Shown here one piece after another: positions 39,964 to 49,170 of a stretch of DNA of 64,000 nt. A program made the position numbers and the translations under genes. How positions within the stretch are numbered: the stretch's first letter is position 1; every line of letters begins with the position of its first letter. The stretch is from positions 18,283 through 82,282 of the forward strand of contig CAZSUC010000002.1 of the NCBI GenBank assembly GCA_964610055.1, given 5' to 3'. This DNA is from an uncultured Candidatus Saccharibacteria bacterium. GTDB taxonomy: Bacteria > Patescibacteriota > Andersenbacteria > UBA10190. Under the pieces are notes generated by a model. That model had not been told where the DNA came from. It made no database searches and was given only the letters and a program-made list of their open reading frames with translations.

Positions 39964-41040
39964 GTGAATATGAATTGGAGTATGGAAATGTGGGGGAACG
40001 CGGTGTGGTCGTATTTAGAAGCGGCGGCAGACTGGGTAGTGTTATGGGTTGGTTTTTACCTAGTGCAGTGGGTGCTATTGATTAGATTGGAAAAGTGGGT
40101 CAAAAGAACGAAGACAGATTTAGATAACACTGTTATCCGGATTGTAAAAAGCATTAAACCACCGGTGATATTTGTGCTATCGGTGTATTTAGCGGCGCAA
40201 GCATTAGTGTTAAGCGAGGGACTGGAGAGATTGATAAATTTACTGACGGTTATAGTCCTGTCGGTGCAAGTCGTTTTAATCTTACAGATTCTGTTAGATT
40301 ATTTAGTGAAACGACGTTTACAGCAGAAGATAACAGATGGAACAGAGTCGGCGCAGGAAAACGGTCAGAATATTGAATCAGCGTTGCGGATGATGAATCA
40401 GATTGGGCGATTTGTATTGTGGTCTGTGGGACTCTTGTTTGTGCTTTCGAATTTGGGAGTGAATATAAACTCTTTGATTGCGAGCTTGGGAATTGGTGGA
40501 GTAGCGGTGGCATTGGCAGCGCAAAGTGCATTAGGAGACTTATTTAGTTCGTTAGTGATTTATTTTGATAAACCGTTTGCAGTGGGTGATTTTATTGTAA
40601 CGGGAGACGTGATGGGAACAGTTAAATATATTGGAATTAAAACGACACGGATCAAAGCCTTATCAGGAGAAGAAATAATTTTACCGAATCAGGATATTAC
40701 CAGCGCGAGGATTAGTAATTACAAGAGAATGGAGGAAAGACGGGTGCCGTTTAAGATAGGGATTAAGTACGAGACTCCGGGAGACAAGTTAAAACAAGTA
40801 CCACAAGTGATAGAGGATATTATTGGTAAAATTGAGCAGGTGCGGTTTGGTAGAGCTCATTTTGAGTCTTTTGGCGACTCAGGACTTATATTTGAAGTCG
40901 TCTATTTTGTGACTGATCCAAGCTATAACTTATTTATGGATGTTCAGCAGACGATTAATTTTGAAATTAAGCAGCAATTTGAACGGCTAGGAATTGAATT
41001 TTCTTACCCAACACAAACGCTACATATAGCCAAAAATTAG
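39964..41040 (+). CDS. mechanosensitive ion channel, MscS family
   Basis: 3-4 N-terminal TM helices then the conserved MscS beta-domain (FAVGDFIVTGDVMGTVKYIGIKTTRIKALSGEEIILPN). Confidence 0.8.
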   Translation: MNMNWSMEMWGNAVWSYLEAAADWVVLWVGFYLVQWVLLIRLEKWVKRTKTDLDNTVIRIVKSIKPPVIFVLSVYLAAQALVLSEGLERLINLLTVIVLSVQVVLILQILLDYLVKRRLQQKITDGTESAQENGQNIESALRMMNQIGRFVLWSVGLLFVLSNLGVNINSLIASLGIGGVAVALAAQSALGDLFSSLVIYFDKPFAVGDFIVTGDVMGTVKYIGIKTTRIKALSGEEIILPNQDITSARISNYKRMEERRVPFKIGIKYETPGDKLKQVPQVIEDIIGKIEQVRFGRAHFESFGDSGLIFEVVYFVTDPSYNLFMDVQQTINFEIKQQFERLGIEFSYPTQTLHIAKN

Positions 41041-41055
41041 AATTGTCAATTAGTT

Positions 41056-41085
41056 TTGACATTATTTAGGATGACGGAGCATAAT
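41056..41085 (+). promoter_or_regulatory. near-consensus sigma70 promoter TTGACA-N18-CATAAT
   Basis: consensus -35 and 5/6 -10 immediately downstream of mscS stop, at the start of the GC-rich cassette. Confidence 0.5.
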
Positions 41086-41200
41086 GGAAAAGTTGTGTTC
41101 GTTTACCAATTTTATGTTGCTTTAACCTGGAACCAAGGAAGAAAGGAGGGGCATGTTCCAGTAGGAGGTTTTTCCGTCTGTCTAGCAAAGGAGTCACGAG

Positions 41201-41488
41201 ATGGCAGTGGCGGAAGTTCCGAAGGAGAAAACGGCACGCGAATGCAGTTTTGCTCTGGCTAGGGAGGGGCTCAAGAAACTGAAAGCATCGTTGTCGGATT
41301 TGCCTCGTCTGCGGCAGCGCTACGCGTGTTTCTGTCCAGGTTGTCAGGGGACCCTACTGGGTTCCTATGAAAAGGCCGTGATTGTTGAAGGGGACGAAGG
41401 GCCGAGTCTGCGGCGGCTTGGGCATGAAGGCCAGTCTAAGTGCTTGCCGCTTACCCGAAAGAATTTGTTGGCTGCCTTGAGGGGGTAG
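41201..41488 (+). CDS. hypothetical small protein with CFCPGC motif (GC-rich cassette ORF A)
   Basis: 95 aa; SD AAGGAG 7 nt upstream of ATG; GC-rich codon usage unlike neighbours; no recognised family. Confidence 0.45.
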   Translation: MAVAEVPKEKTARECSFALAREGLKKLKASLSDLPRLRQRYACFCPGCQGTLLGSYEKAVIVEGDEGPSLRRLGHEGQSKCLPLTRKNLLAALRG

Positions 41489-41561
41489 AATAGTACGGAA
41501 GCGGAGAAGAGGCCTGATTATTCCATTTCTTTCTTGGTCTTGGTTTTCATGGGAGGAATCC

Positions 41562-41960
41562 ATGTCACGCGGTCTTGAAGAGATGATGCGTACTTTGGAA
41601 GACGTTGCGCAGATGATGGCTCGAGTGACTAGGCGGCCGCCTGGGTTTTGTCGGGATCAGCTGCTGGCAACTTGCGACGGGATCTCTGGTAAACAGCTGC
41701 ATGACTGTTTGATGGTGGTGATGCGTCTCAACAGGCGTCTGTTCTTCGTTTCGTCGATTCAGGACATGCGGCGAGCGCAACAGGTTGGCGCTCTGATCTG
41801 TCGGTGGGGGGGCTTGGATGTGAAGACATTCTTGCGTCAGGTTGTCGAACATCCGGAGTACATGGCTGCGGTGATTGAGCTTCCTTCTTTGAGGAAGGTG
41901 AACAAGCGGCCTTGCAGAAAGAAGAGGTCGGCGAAGGGTGCACCAATGAGGATGCACTGA
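41562..41960 (+). CDS. hypothetical basic protein (GC-rich cassette ORF B)
   Basis: 132 aa; SD GGAGGAA 5 nt upstream of ATG; helical, Arg/Lys-rich C-terminus; antisense ORF is low-complexity His/Pro, so plus strand favoured. Confidence 0.45.
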   Translation: MSRGLEEMMRTLEDVAQMMARVTRRPPGFCRDQLLATCDGISGKQLHDCLMVVMRLNRRLFFVSSIQDMRRAQQVGALICRWGGLDVKTFLRQVVEHPEYMAAVIELPSLRKVNKRPCRKKRSAKGAPMRMH

Positions 41961-41994
41961 TCATCGTGCTGGTGGTGAACACAAGCAATACAAC

Positions 41995-42026
41995 GGGTGT
42001 ACTACGGTATGCCCGCTTTTTCTTTT
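41995..42026 (+). terminator. rho-independent terminator GGGUGUAC-UACG-GUAUGCCC + GCUUUUUCUUUU
   Basis: 8-bp stem (two G-U pairs), tetraloop, long U-tract; 35 nt after ORF B stop, 13 nt before lgt ATG. Confidence 0.55.
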
Positions 42027-42038
42027 ACAATAATAAGG

Positions 42039-42821
42039 ATGATTAATTTCTTACCAAGTCGAGAAGTGTTTGTGCATATCGGAATGTTCGATATTCGGTG
42101 GTACGGAGTGATGTATGTCGTTGCGTTTGGACTGACCGCCATCATGTTATTTAGATTACAAAAATGGCGTGGTTTAAATGAAGATAAATGGTTTTGGTGG
42201 GAAGTAGCGGCATGGTTGGCGGCCGGAGCAATGATAGGAGGGAGATTAGGCTATATGTTGATCTATGATGGGGCGGATTTTTGGAGAAATCCAATAACGG
42301 TTTTATGGATTCAAAATGGTGGGATGTCATCTCATGGTGGAGTGATAGGAGTAGGACTGGCGTTATTGGCTGTGCAACGATGGTTGAAACCGAAAAGTTT
42401 ATGGAAAATAGCTGATTTGATTGTGGTACCAGCAGCGATTGGATTGGCTTTAGGGAGATATGGAAATTTTATTAACCAAGAACTTTACGGCACAATAACG
42501 AAATTGCCGTGGGGGATAGGTATACCAGGGGTGAATGGTTTGCGTCATCCGTGGCCGATATATGAAGCAATCTGGTTGTTATGTTTGGCGATAATTGGGA
42601 TGAGAGGATTGCGCAAAGTTAAGATTGAAGGAGTGGTGGTGGCGTGGTTTTTAATTGAATATGGAGCGGGTCGTTTGTTTTTGGAGATATGGCGGGAACC
42701 GGAGTGGGATTTAGTGTACGGATTAACACCGGGGCAGTGGTGGTCGATAGCGGTAATAATAGGTGGAATGTGGTTATGGGTGAATCGAGCAAAAACGATG
42801 CCTAAGAGTAATTCGCGTTAA
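42039..42821 (+). CDS. lgt: prolipoprotein diacylglyceryl transferase
   Basis: FDIRWYGVMY N-terminal motif and GRYGNFINQELYG Lgt signature; start set to ATG 42039 downstream of the terminator (longer GTG 41997 ORF would span it). Confidence 0.85.
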   Translation: MINFLPSREVFVHIGMFDIRWYGVMYVVAFGLTAIMLFRLQKWRGLNEDKWFWWEVAAWLAAGAMIGGRLGYMLIYDGADFWRNPITVLWIQNGGMSSHGGVIGVGLALLAVQRWLKPKSLWKIADLIVVPAAIGLALGRYGNFINQELYGTITKLPWGIGIPGVNGLRHPWPIYEAIWLLCLAIIGMRGLRKVKIEGVVVAWFLIEYGAGRLFLEIWREPEWDLVYGLTPGQWWSIAVIIGGMWLWVNRAKTMPKSNSR

Positions 42822-42847
42822 GCAGTGAGATCTTGTACGCTATTTGT

Positions 42848-45800
42848 ATGCGGAAAGTCAAGTTTGCAGAAAAGTACGCGCAATTAAATCCGGCTCAGCG
42901 AGCGGCGGTAGATGCAATTGAAGGTCCGATGATGGTGATAGCTGGTCCAGGAACAGGTAAAACACAAGTTTTAGCGATGCGAATCGGTAAGATTTTACAG
43001 GAGACACAGATGGAGCCGGAAAATATTTTGTGCTTAACGTTTACTGAATCTGGAGTAGCGGCAATGCGAGAGAGATTATTAGAGTTAATCGGAGAGGCCG
43101 GATATTACGTACGCATAAATACTTTTCACTCTTTTTGTAATGAGATTATACAGGAATATCCCGAAATATTTGCTTTGAGTCCAAACTGGCGGGCATTGAG
43201 TTCGTTTGAAAAAATTGAGATTTTGCGCGGATGTTTGAACAACTTGAAAGGAACGAGTCGATTAAAGCCGAACGGGGATCCGTACATGTTAGAACGTGAT
43301 ATTGAAAAAGATATTAAGGATTTGAAACAGGAAGATATTAGTCCCGATTTATTTCAAGAGATTGTGGTGCATATGGAGAAATTTGTCGGTGCGGTTCAGA
43401 AAGATGTTGTGCGGGTTGATAAATTAAAACCGAAAGAAAGAACAGAAGTAGTAATGAGCGAGTGGTTGCAGAAATTGCGTAAAGAAGCGCAGGTAGCGCA
43501 ACTGCCAGAAGGAATGCAGGGGGTGTTGGATAATTTTAAGGATAGATATGAGGCGATGAGTGCGGAGGCTGAAAATGAAAAAGAGTTAAGTAAAGTGAGG
43601 ACGGCGATAAAAAATGAAGTTAAGAAATGGTATAGCCGGATGGAGCAACAATTAGATAAGCAAAGAGATCTGGCGCGAGTATATGCTGATTATCAGACGG
43701 AATTAAAACGAAGGGGAAGGTACGATTTTGAAGACATGATTATGATGGTGATTAAGGAATTAGGGCAAAATGATCAGTTATTATCTCGTTACCAAGAGCA
43801 ATATCAATACATGTTAGTCGATGAATTTCAGGATACAAATGGTGCCCAAAATGAGATTATGAGTTTGTGGGGTAGTTTTGATGACAATCCAAATTTGTTT
43901 GTAGTGGGAGATGATAAACAGTCTATTTTTCGATTTCAAGGGGCGTCATTGGCAAACATGTTGGCTTTTTATCGAAAATATCCGCAAGCAAAGATAGTAA
44001 GTTTGGAAAATAATTATCGGAGTCAGCCACATGTTTTAAGCATGGCGGCAGCAATAATTAAGCAGAATGAAGAGTCATTAGCTAAATATATCCCGGAGGT
44101 GAAGTTAGATTTAATACCTAAGTCTAAGTGGGGCGAATGTAAGGCAGAATGGACTGAATATCGAACTGAAGAAACAGAGAACGAAGGGGTGGCGCAGCGG
44201 ATCCGACATTTAATTGATGAAGGGGTAAAGCCGGAAGAGATAGCGGTTTTGTTTCGGACGAACAAAGATGGGCGAGGTATTCTCAAACGTTTACAGCAAT
44301 TAAATGTGCCGGTGCGATTAGAGGCGGGTGAAGATGCTTTGGAAGATATAGCGGTGCAAAAATTTATTCAGGTTTTGGAGTATATAAACAATCCGGTGCG
44401 AGATGACTGGTTGGGTGAAATTCTACAATACGAATGGTGGGGGTTTGATGCTTTGGTGATGATACAGGCAATTCGAGAAGCATACACAAACAGACAGGGA
44501 TTATGGGAAGTGATTCAGACTAAAACTGAGTTTCAGGATTTTGTGACTAAGTTGGCAAATTGGAAGAAGCGTAGTCAACAGACTGGTTTGATTCAGTTTT
44601 GGTGTGAAGTTTTAAATGAATCGGGTTGGTTAAAGTGGGTTATGCAAAAACAAGATGGAGTAGTGGTAATGCAAAAAATGAATCGGATAGTTGAGGAGGC
44701 GCGTCAGTGGAAAGAAAGCATATCGGAAGACAATCGCGGAGTGAATAATTTTGTGCGCCAGTTGAGTTTGTTGAGAGAAGCAGGGGAACAGTTAAAAGTG
44801 CGTCAGGCGCACATGGAAGAACAAGCGGTGCGTTTAATGACAGCGCATAAGGCGAAAGGTTTAGAATTCGAACATGTATTTATTATCCGTTTGAATAACA
44901 GGCACTGGGGAAATGTAGTGGAGCAGAATAAGGTGCCGTTGCCACATGGTTTAGTGAGATACGATTTTGTGATGGCAGGCGGGAATAACGAGGACGAGAG
45001 ACGTTTGTTTTACGTGGCGTTAACACGGGCAAAGCAGGGGTTATATCTCTCGCGGCCAATATTTAATGTGTCTGATAATCAGATTTCGCCAAGTATTTTT
45101 TGTACAGAATGGCCGGCAGAATTGGTACAGGGGCAAAATGGCGGAGAAAGTGAGGACCAAACCAAGGTTAGGTTGCTGGCAGAGTTACAGCCAGCGAAAG
45201 GTTGGAAAAAAGAGGAAGTAAAATCTTGGTTAAAGCGAATTGCGAGTGAGCAGGTTTTAAGCGCGACACATTTGAATAGGTATTTGGCCTGTCCACAAGA
45301 ATTTTATCAACGTTTTATTATTCGAATTCCGGAAGCACCGACAAGCTATCTAGCATTAGGAACAGCAGTGCATGCCGCTTTAGATTTTATGGTTAAGGAA
45401 AAGAATCGGGATCGAGGAGAGAGAATTACAGAGGCAAGCCAAGTGTTTCAGCAAGTTTTGCAGCGCGAAATCAGGGAGTCAATAGAATATGAACGAGTGT
45501 TAGCGGTTGGACAAGATATGTTGCGACGATATTGGGAACATTATGCAGACGAGAAAGTATTGCCGGCAGCAAGTGAATGGAACATGGGTAGATATAATGT
45601 GAGAGTAGAAGGAGTACCGATAACTGGTAAGTTAGATAAGATTGAATTGTTAGATCCGAGTGATGCGTTGGCGGATGGTAGCTGGCGTCGAGGTGCGCGA
45701 GTGCGAATAGTGGATTACAAGACATCAGAATTATCACGCGGGTTGAGTCAGGCGAAGCATGGGGGAGATTATTGGCGGCAGTTAGGTTTTTATAAATTAT

Positions 45801-46054
45801 TATGTGAGTCAGCACCGCAGTTTCCGTATACAGCAGAAGAGTTTGTGCTTGATTTTATTAGACCAGATGGAAAGAAAGGAAATTTCGTGCGGAAAAAAGT
45901 AGAGATTACTGGTGAAGATATGGCTGAACTAAAAGAAACTATTAAAAAAGTATGGAATGAAATTCAGGATCTAGGGTTTATGACAGGAGAGAAAAATTCT
46001 TTTTGTGGGCAGTGTCGTTATTGCCGTCTTGCAGGAGTAGAGATAAATGGGTAG
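42848..46054 (+). CDS. UvrD/PcrA-type superfamily-1 helicase fused to C-terminal Cas4/AddB-like PD-(D/E)XK nuclease
   Basis: AGPGTGKT, DEFQDT, VGDDKQSIFRFQGA, NYRS, VALTRAK helicase motifs; C-terminal RIVDYKTSE nuclease motif and Cys cluster C...CGQCRYC; start set to ATG 42848. Confidence 0.8.
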   Translation: MRKVKFAEKYAQLNPAQRAAVDAIEGPMMVIAGPGTGKTQVLAMRIGKILQETQMEPENILCLTFTESGVAAMRERLLELIGEAGYYVRINTFHSFCNEIIQEYPEIFALSPNWRALSSFEKIEILRGCLNNLKGTSRLKPNGDPYMLERDIEKDIKDLKQEDISPDLFQEIVVHMEKFVGAVQKDVVRVDKLKPKERTEVVMSEWLQKLRKEAQVAQLPEGMQGVLDNFKDRYEAMSAEAENEKELSKVRTAIKNEVKKWYSRMEQQLDKQRDLARVYADYQTELKRRGRYDFEDMIMMVIKELGQNDQLLSRYQEQYQYMLVDEFQDTNGAQNEIMSLWGSFDDNPNLFVVGDDKQSIFRFQGASLANMLAFYRKYPQAKIVSLENNYRSQPHVLSMAAAIIKQNEESLAKYIPEVKLDLIPKSKWGECKAEWTEYRTEETENEGVAQRIRHLIDEGVKPEEIAVLFRTNKDGRGILKRLQQLNVPVRLEAGEDALEDIAVQKFIQVLEYINNPVRDDWLGEILQYEWWGFDALVMIQAIREAYTNRQGLWEVIQTKTEFQDFVTKLANWKKRSQQTGLIQFWCEVLNESGWLKWVMQKQDGVVVMQKMNRIVEEARQWKESISEDNRGVNNFVRQLSLLREAGEQLKVRQAHMEEQAVRLMTAHKAKGLEFEHVFIIRLNNRHWGNVVEQNKVPLPHGLVRYDFVMAGGNNEDERRLFYVALTRAKQGLYLSRPIFNVSDNQISPSIFCTEWPAELVQGQNGGESEDQTKVRLLAELQPAKGWKKEEVKSWLKRIASEQVLSATHLNRYLACPQEFYQRFIIRIPEAPTSYLALGTAVHAALDFMVKEKNRDRGERITEASQVFQQVLQREIRESIEYERVLAVGQDMLRRYWEHYADEKVLPAASEWNMGRYNVRVEGVPITGKLDKIELLDPSDALADGSWRRGARVRIVDYKTSELSRGLSQAKHGGDYWRQLGFYKLLCESAPQFPYTAEEFVLDFIRPDGKKGNFVRKKVEITGEDMAELKETIKKVWNEIQDLGFMTGEKNSFCGQCRYCRLAGVEING

Positions 46055-46084
46055 GTTATTAAGAAATCCTAATTTTAATAATTA

Positions 46085-46840
46085 ATGATTTTTATGAGCG
46101 AAGATAAAGCGATTAAAAAAGAAATTAGTAATATGGGTGTTCCGGCCGCGATTGTGATTGCGGGAGGATTGATTGCGCTGGCGGTGTATTTTGGAGGGCA
46201 ATCTGGCAATAATACTCAACAAATAACAGCACAAAATAATGGGGGAGTAACACCAGTGCCGACTGCGTTAGTAGTGGGTGATTCTGGTGTCGGTGAAATT
46301 AGAGACGTCACAACTAACGATTTAGTCCAGGGTTCAGAAGATGCGCCGGTGACAATTATTGAATATTCTGACTTAGAATGTCCGTACTGCAAGCGTTTTC
46401 ATACGACGATGCGACAAGTATTTGCGGATTATAACGGACAAGTAAGATGGGTGTTTCGACATTTCCCGTTAGATCAATTACATAGCCAAGCGCGCCAAGA
46501 AGCGGTAGCGGTAGAATGTGCGGCGGAACAAAACAAAGGCTGGGAATTGTTAGATAAGATTTATGAAGTTACAACTTCAAACGATGGTTTAGATTTAAGT
46601 ACTTTACCGCAATTAGCCCAACAAGTTGGCGTAGGGAATGCGAGTCAATTTACAACTTGTTTAACGGCGGGTGAGCATGATGATAAAATTGTGGCGGATG
46701 AAACTGACGCGCAAGTAGCGGGAGGCAGAGGAACGCCATATTCGGTTTTGATTTTGCAAGATGGAACCAAAATTCCTATTTCAGGAGCGCAACCGATTGA
46801 GAATGTGAAGGCCATTATTGACGCTGCCCTGCAATCGTAA
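46085..46840 (+). CDS. DsbA-like thiol:disulfide oxidoreductase (thioredoxin fold), membrane anchored
   Basis: N-terminal TM, active site CPYC, cis-Pro region typical of DsbA family. Confidence 0.7.
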   Translation: MIFMSEDKAIKKEISNMGVPAAIVIAGGLIALAVYFGGQSGNNTQQITAQNNGGVTPVPTALVVGDSGVGEIRDVTTNDLVQGSEDAPVTIIEYSDLECPYCKRFHTTMRQVFADYNGQVRWVFRHFPLDQLHSQARQEAVAVECAAEQNKGWELLDKIYEVTTSNDGLDLSTLPQLAQQVGVGNASQFTTCLTAGEHDDKIVADETDAQVAGGRGTPYSVLILQDGTKIPISGAQPIENVKAIIDAALQS

Positions 46841-46854
46841 GGTACAATAGAAGC

Positions 46855-47379
46855 ATGAAAGGAAAATTAGTGGTAGGGGCGATAGTGTTATTAGTAGCGA
46901 TAGCTGTTGGCGTGGGTTGGTGGTGGAAACTAAATCAAGGTCCGACAGATGAAGAATTGAGTGTGTTGTTTCAAGAAGAAGGCGAAAGTGAAGACGTGAA
47001 AGTCAGTGACAATGGTAATTATTTGCACGAGGCGCCGGCGGATTTTCCGGAGAGTACAGAAGGATCAGAAGTGGTTGAGGGAACAATAATACCGAATAGT
47101 GAAGTGGAAGTGATTAATCAGAATACGAGTATGACAGAAGTATCAATTAGTGAATTAGGGTTTACTCCAGAAGAGGTGACGGTTGCGCAAGGAGAAAAAG
47201 TGAAATTTGTAAATAACGGCCAAGGTATGCATGAACCAATGCAGACTGATCTGGACGGTTTTGTCGCTGGGATTATGCAAACCGGAGATAGTTATACTTT
47301 TACTTGGGAGATGTCAGGAGAATGGCTGGTAACAGATAAATATAATGATGAAGCGAAATTGAGAGTCGTGGTAGAATAG
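46855..47379 (+). CDS. membrane-anchored protein with cupredoxin-like C-terminal domain
   Basis: N-terminal TM; C-terminal VTVAQGEKVKFVNNGQGMHEP...GDSYTFTW beta-sandwich-like pattern, no Cu ligand Cys. Confidence 0.35.
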   Translation: MKGKLVVGAIVLLVAIAVGVGWWWKLNQGPTDEELSVLFQEEGESEDVKVSDNGNYLHEAPADFPESTEGSEVVEGTIIPNSEVEVINQNTSMTEVSISELGFTPEEVTVAQGEKVKFVNNGQGMHEPMQTDLDGFVAGIMQTGDSYTFTWEMSGEWLVTDKYNDEAKLRVVVE

Positions 47380-47385
47380 GCGAGT

Positions 47386-48789
47386 ATGCAAGTAACCTTT
47401 TATGGGGCAGCAGGAGGAGTAACAGGGAGTAAGTTTTTAGTAGAAGTTGGAGATCAAAAAGTATTACTTGATTGTGGAACTTTTCAAGGGATTGCTGATG
47501 TGCGAGCGCGCAATCGTTTTTTTCCATTTGCCCCTGATCAAATTAAGGCGGTGGTTTTGTCGCACGCACATTTAGATCATTGTGGAATGCTGCCGTTATT
47601 AGTGAAGCGAGGTTTTTTAGGAGAAATTTTTGCAACTCCAGCCACGAAGCAAGTAGCCGAATATATGCTTTTAGATGCGGCTGGGATTGAGGAGCAGGAC
47701 GCAGCATACCGGCAGAAACATAAATTAGGCGCTAAGGAGGATCGGCAACCATTGTTTGAAACTAGGGATATTCCAGCAGTGATGAAAAGATTTCGAGAAG
47801 TGCCATATGTTTGGAAGAAAAATGCTTGGCATGAAGTTGTGCCAGGGGTACGAGTGAAACTATATGATGCCGGACATATTTTAGGTTCGGCGGTTGTGGT
47901 GCTTGAACTAACTGAGGGCCAGCAGAAAAAACACATGATGTTTTCGGGCGATTTAGGAGCGCCAGGGCGGCCATTACTGCGTGATCCGCAAGTTCCGGAT
48001 GAACCGGTGCAGGTGGCGTTACTAGAGAGCACGTATGGTGATCGAACACATGAGCCGTATGCACAAGGATTGAACCGATTAGCGGATGTAATCAGAAAAG
48101 TGGCGCAGCGAGGAGGAAAAATAGTTGTACCAGCGTTTTCGTTAGGACGAACGCAAATGCTGGTATATGAATTACATAAGTTACGTAATGAGGATAAAAT
48201 TCCTAAGATTCCGGTGTATGTTGACTCTCCGCTAGCAATAGAAATTACGGATGTATTTAGAGCGAATGCCGGAGATTATGATCGGCAAACTCAAGTTGAT
48301 TTTGGCCAGGCGGGTAAGAAACCGCTCGCGTTTGAGGGGCTCACGTATGTGAAGTCAATTGAAGAGTCAAAACAGCTGAATACTAAAGCGGGTCCTTTTA
48401 TTGTATTATCGGCAGCCGGCATGATGACTTCGGGGCGGGTAGTGCATCATTTACGACATGTTTTGGCGGATGAGAGAAACGCGGTTTTAGTAACTGGCTA
48501 TCAGGCAGAAGGAACAGTAGGGAGAAGGATCTTAGAGGGGGCAAAGAAGGTGGAGCTATACGGCGACATGGTGCCAGTAAGAGCTGAGATAGAAGTTTTT
48601 AATGAGTTTTCGGCACATGCTGATAAGAATGAGTTAATAGATTATGCGCAGCGTTTGCAAGAAGTTGAAAGTATGTATCTAGTGCATGGGGAGCCAAGCG
48701 GAGCAGAGGCACTTAAATTGGAATTGCAGCAGAGACATCCGGAATGGAAAGTGAAGCGTCCGCATGAAGGTGATACGGAAGAGATTTAG
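47386..48789 (+). CDS. metallo-beta-lactamase fold beta-CASP family RNA-metabolising hydrolase (CPSF/RNase J-like)
   Basis: VLSHAHLDHCG MBL motif 2, beta-CASP region, C-terminal RNA-specificity domain; 467 aa. Confidence 0.8.
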   Translation: MQVTFYGAAGGVTGSKFLVEVGDQKVLLDCGTFQGIADVRARNRFFPFAPDQIKAVVLSHAHLDHCGMLPLLVKRGFLGEIFATPATKQVAEYMLLDAAGIEEQDAAYRQKHKLGAKEDRQPLFETRDIPAVMKRFREVPYVWKKNAWHEVVPGVRVKLYDAGHILGSAVVVLELTEGQQKKHMMFSGDLGAPGRPLLRDPQVPDEPVQVALLESTYGDRTHEPYAQGLNRLADVIRKVAQRGGKIVVPAFSLGRTQMLVYELHKLRNEDKIPKIPVYVDSPLAIEITDVFRANAGDYDRQTQVDFGQAGKKPLAFEGLTYVKSIEESKQLNTKAGPFIVLSAAGMMTSGRVVHHLRHVLADERNAVLVTGYQAEGTVGRRILEGAKKVELYGDMVPVRAEIEVFNEFSAHADKNELIDYAQRLQEVESMYLVHGEPSGAEALKLELQQRHPEWKVKRPHEGDTEEI

Positions 48790-49010
48790 TTGTTCCAGCG
48801 AGGGTGGTTAGGATCCCATTGAGCATTGTGTTTATTGGCGCGGGTAATGTCGGCACGTTGGGATTGCATGTGAGTTACTTGTCCTTTAGCGTAAACTTTA
48901 TTGGCTAAAATCATGCCAATAACAGTTCCGGGGCCAAATCCGATAAGAAAATAGAAGAAAACAATACCAAAAGTACGCAAGAGGAGGCCAGTTAATTCAA
49001 GAGCCGTCAT
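48786..49010 (-). CDS. hypothetical small membrane protein (74 aa)
   Basis: ORF with two hydrophobic helices; preceded on the same strand by a 36-aa hydrophobic ORF (49007..49117) overlapping via ATGA. Confidence 0.35.
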   Translation of the reverse strand: MTALELTGLLLRTFGIVFFYFLIGFGPGTVIGMILANKVYAKGQVTHMQSQRADITRANKHNAQWDPNHPRWNN

Positions 49011-49170
49011 AATTTTTTACTACCAGCAGTAATCATGATTTGGGCGACGACATATCCTAAAGCTAGGCCAGTTAAGAAAAAGGCCCCGAACAGTTGTAAG
49101 TGAGATAACCAGTTCATAAAGGGAGTGTGAGAGTAGACATATCAATGATAGTATAGTACTACAGAGAGTT

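Noticed and set aside
41056-41262. 68-aa ORF at the start of the GC-rich cassette
   Set aside because: It begins at a TTG that is part of the -35 hexamer, has no SD and is overlapped by the SD-led ORF A. Likely spurious.
41540-41600. Similarity of GGAGGAATCCATGTCACGCGG to the RNase P RNA P4 region (GAGGAAAGUCCAUGCUCGCACGG)
   Set aside because: The universally conserved AGU of GGAAAGUCC is missing and no matching 3' P4 strand (ACAGAA..GGCUUA) exists in the region. The sequence is better explained as an SD plus start codon of ORF B.
41565-41988. Minus-strand ORFs (130 aa and 86 aa) antisense to cassette ORF B
   Set aside because: His/Pro/Arg low-complexity translations typical of antisense frames of GC-rich coding sequence. 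No SD.
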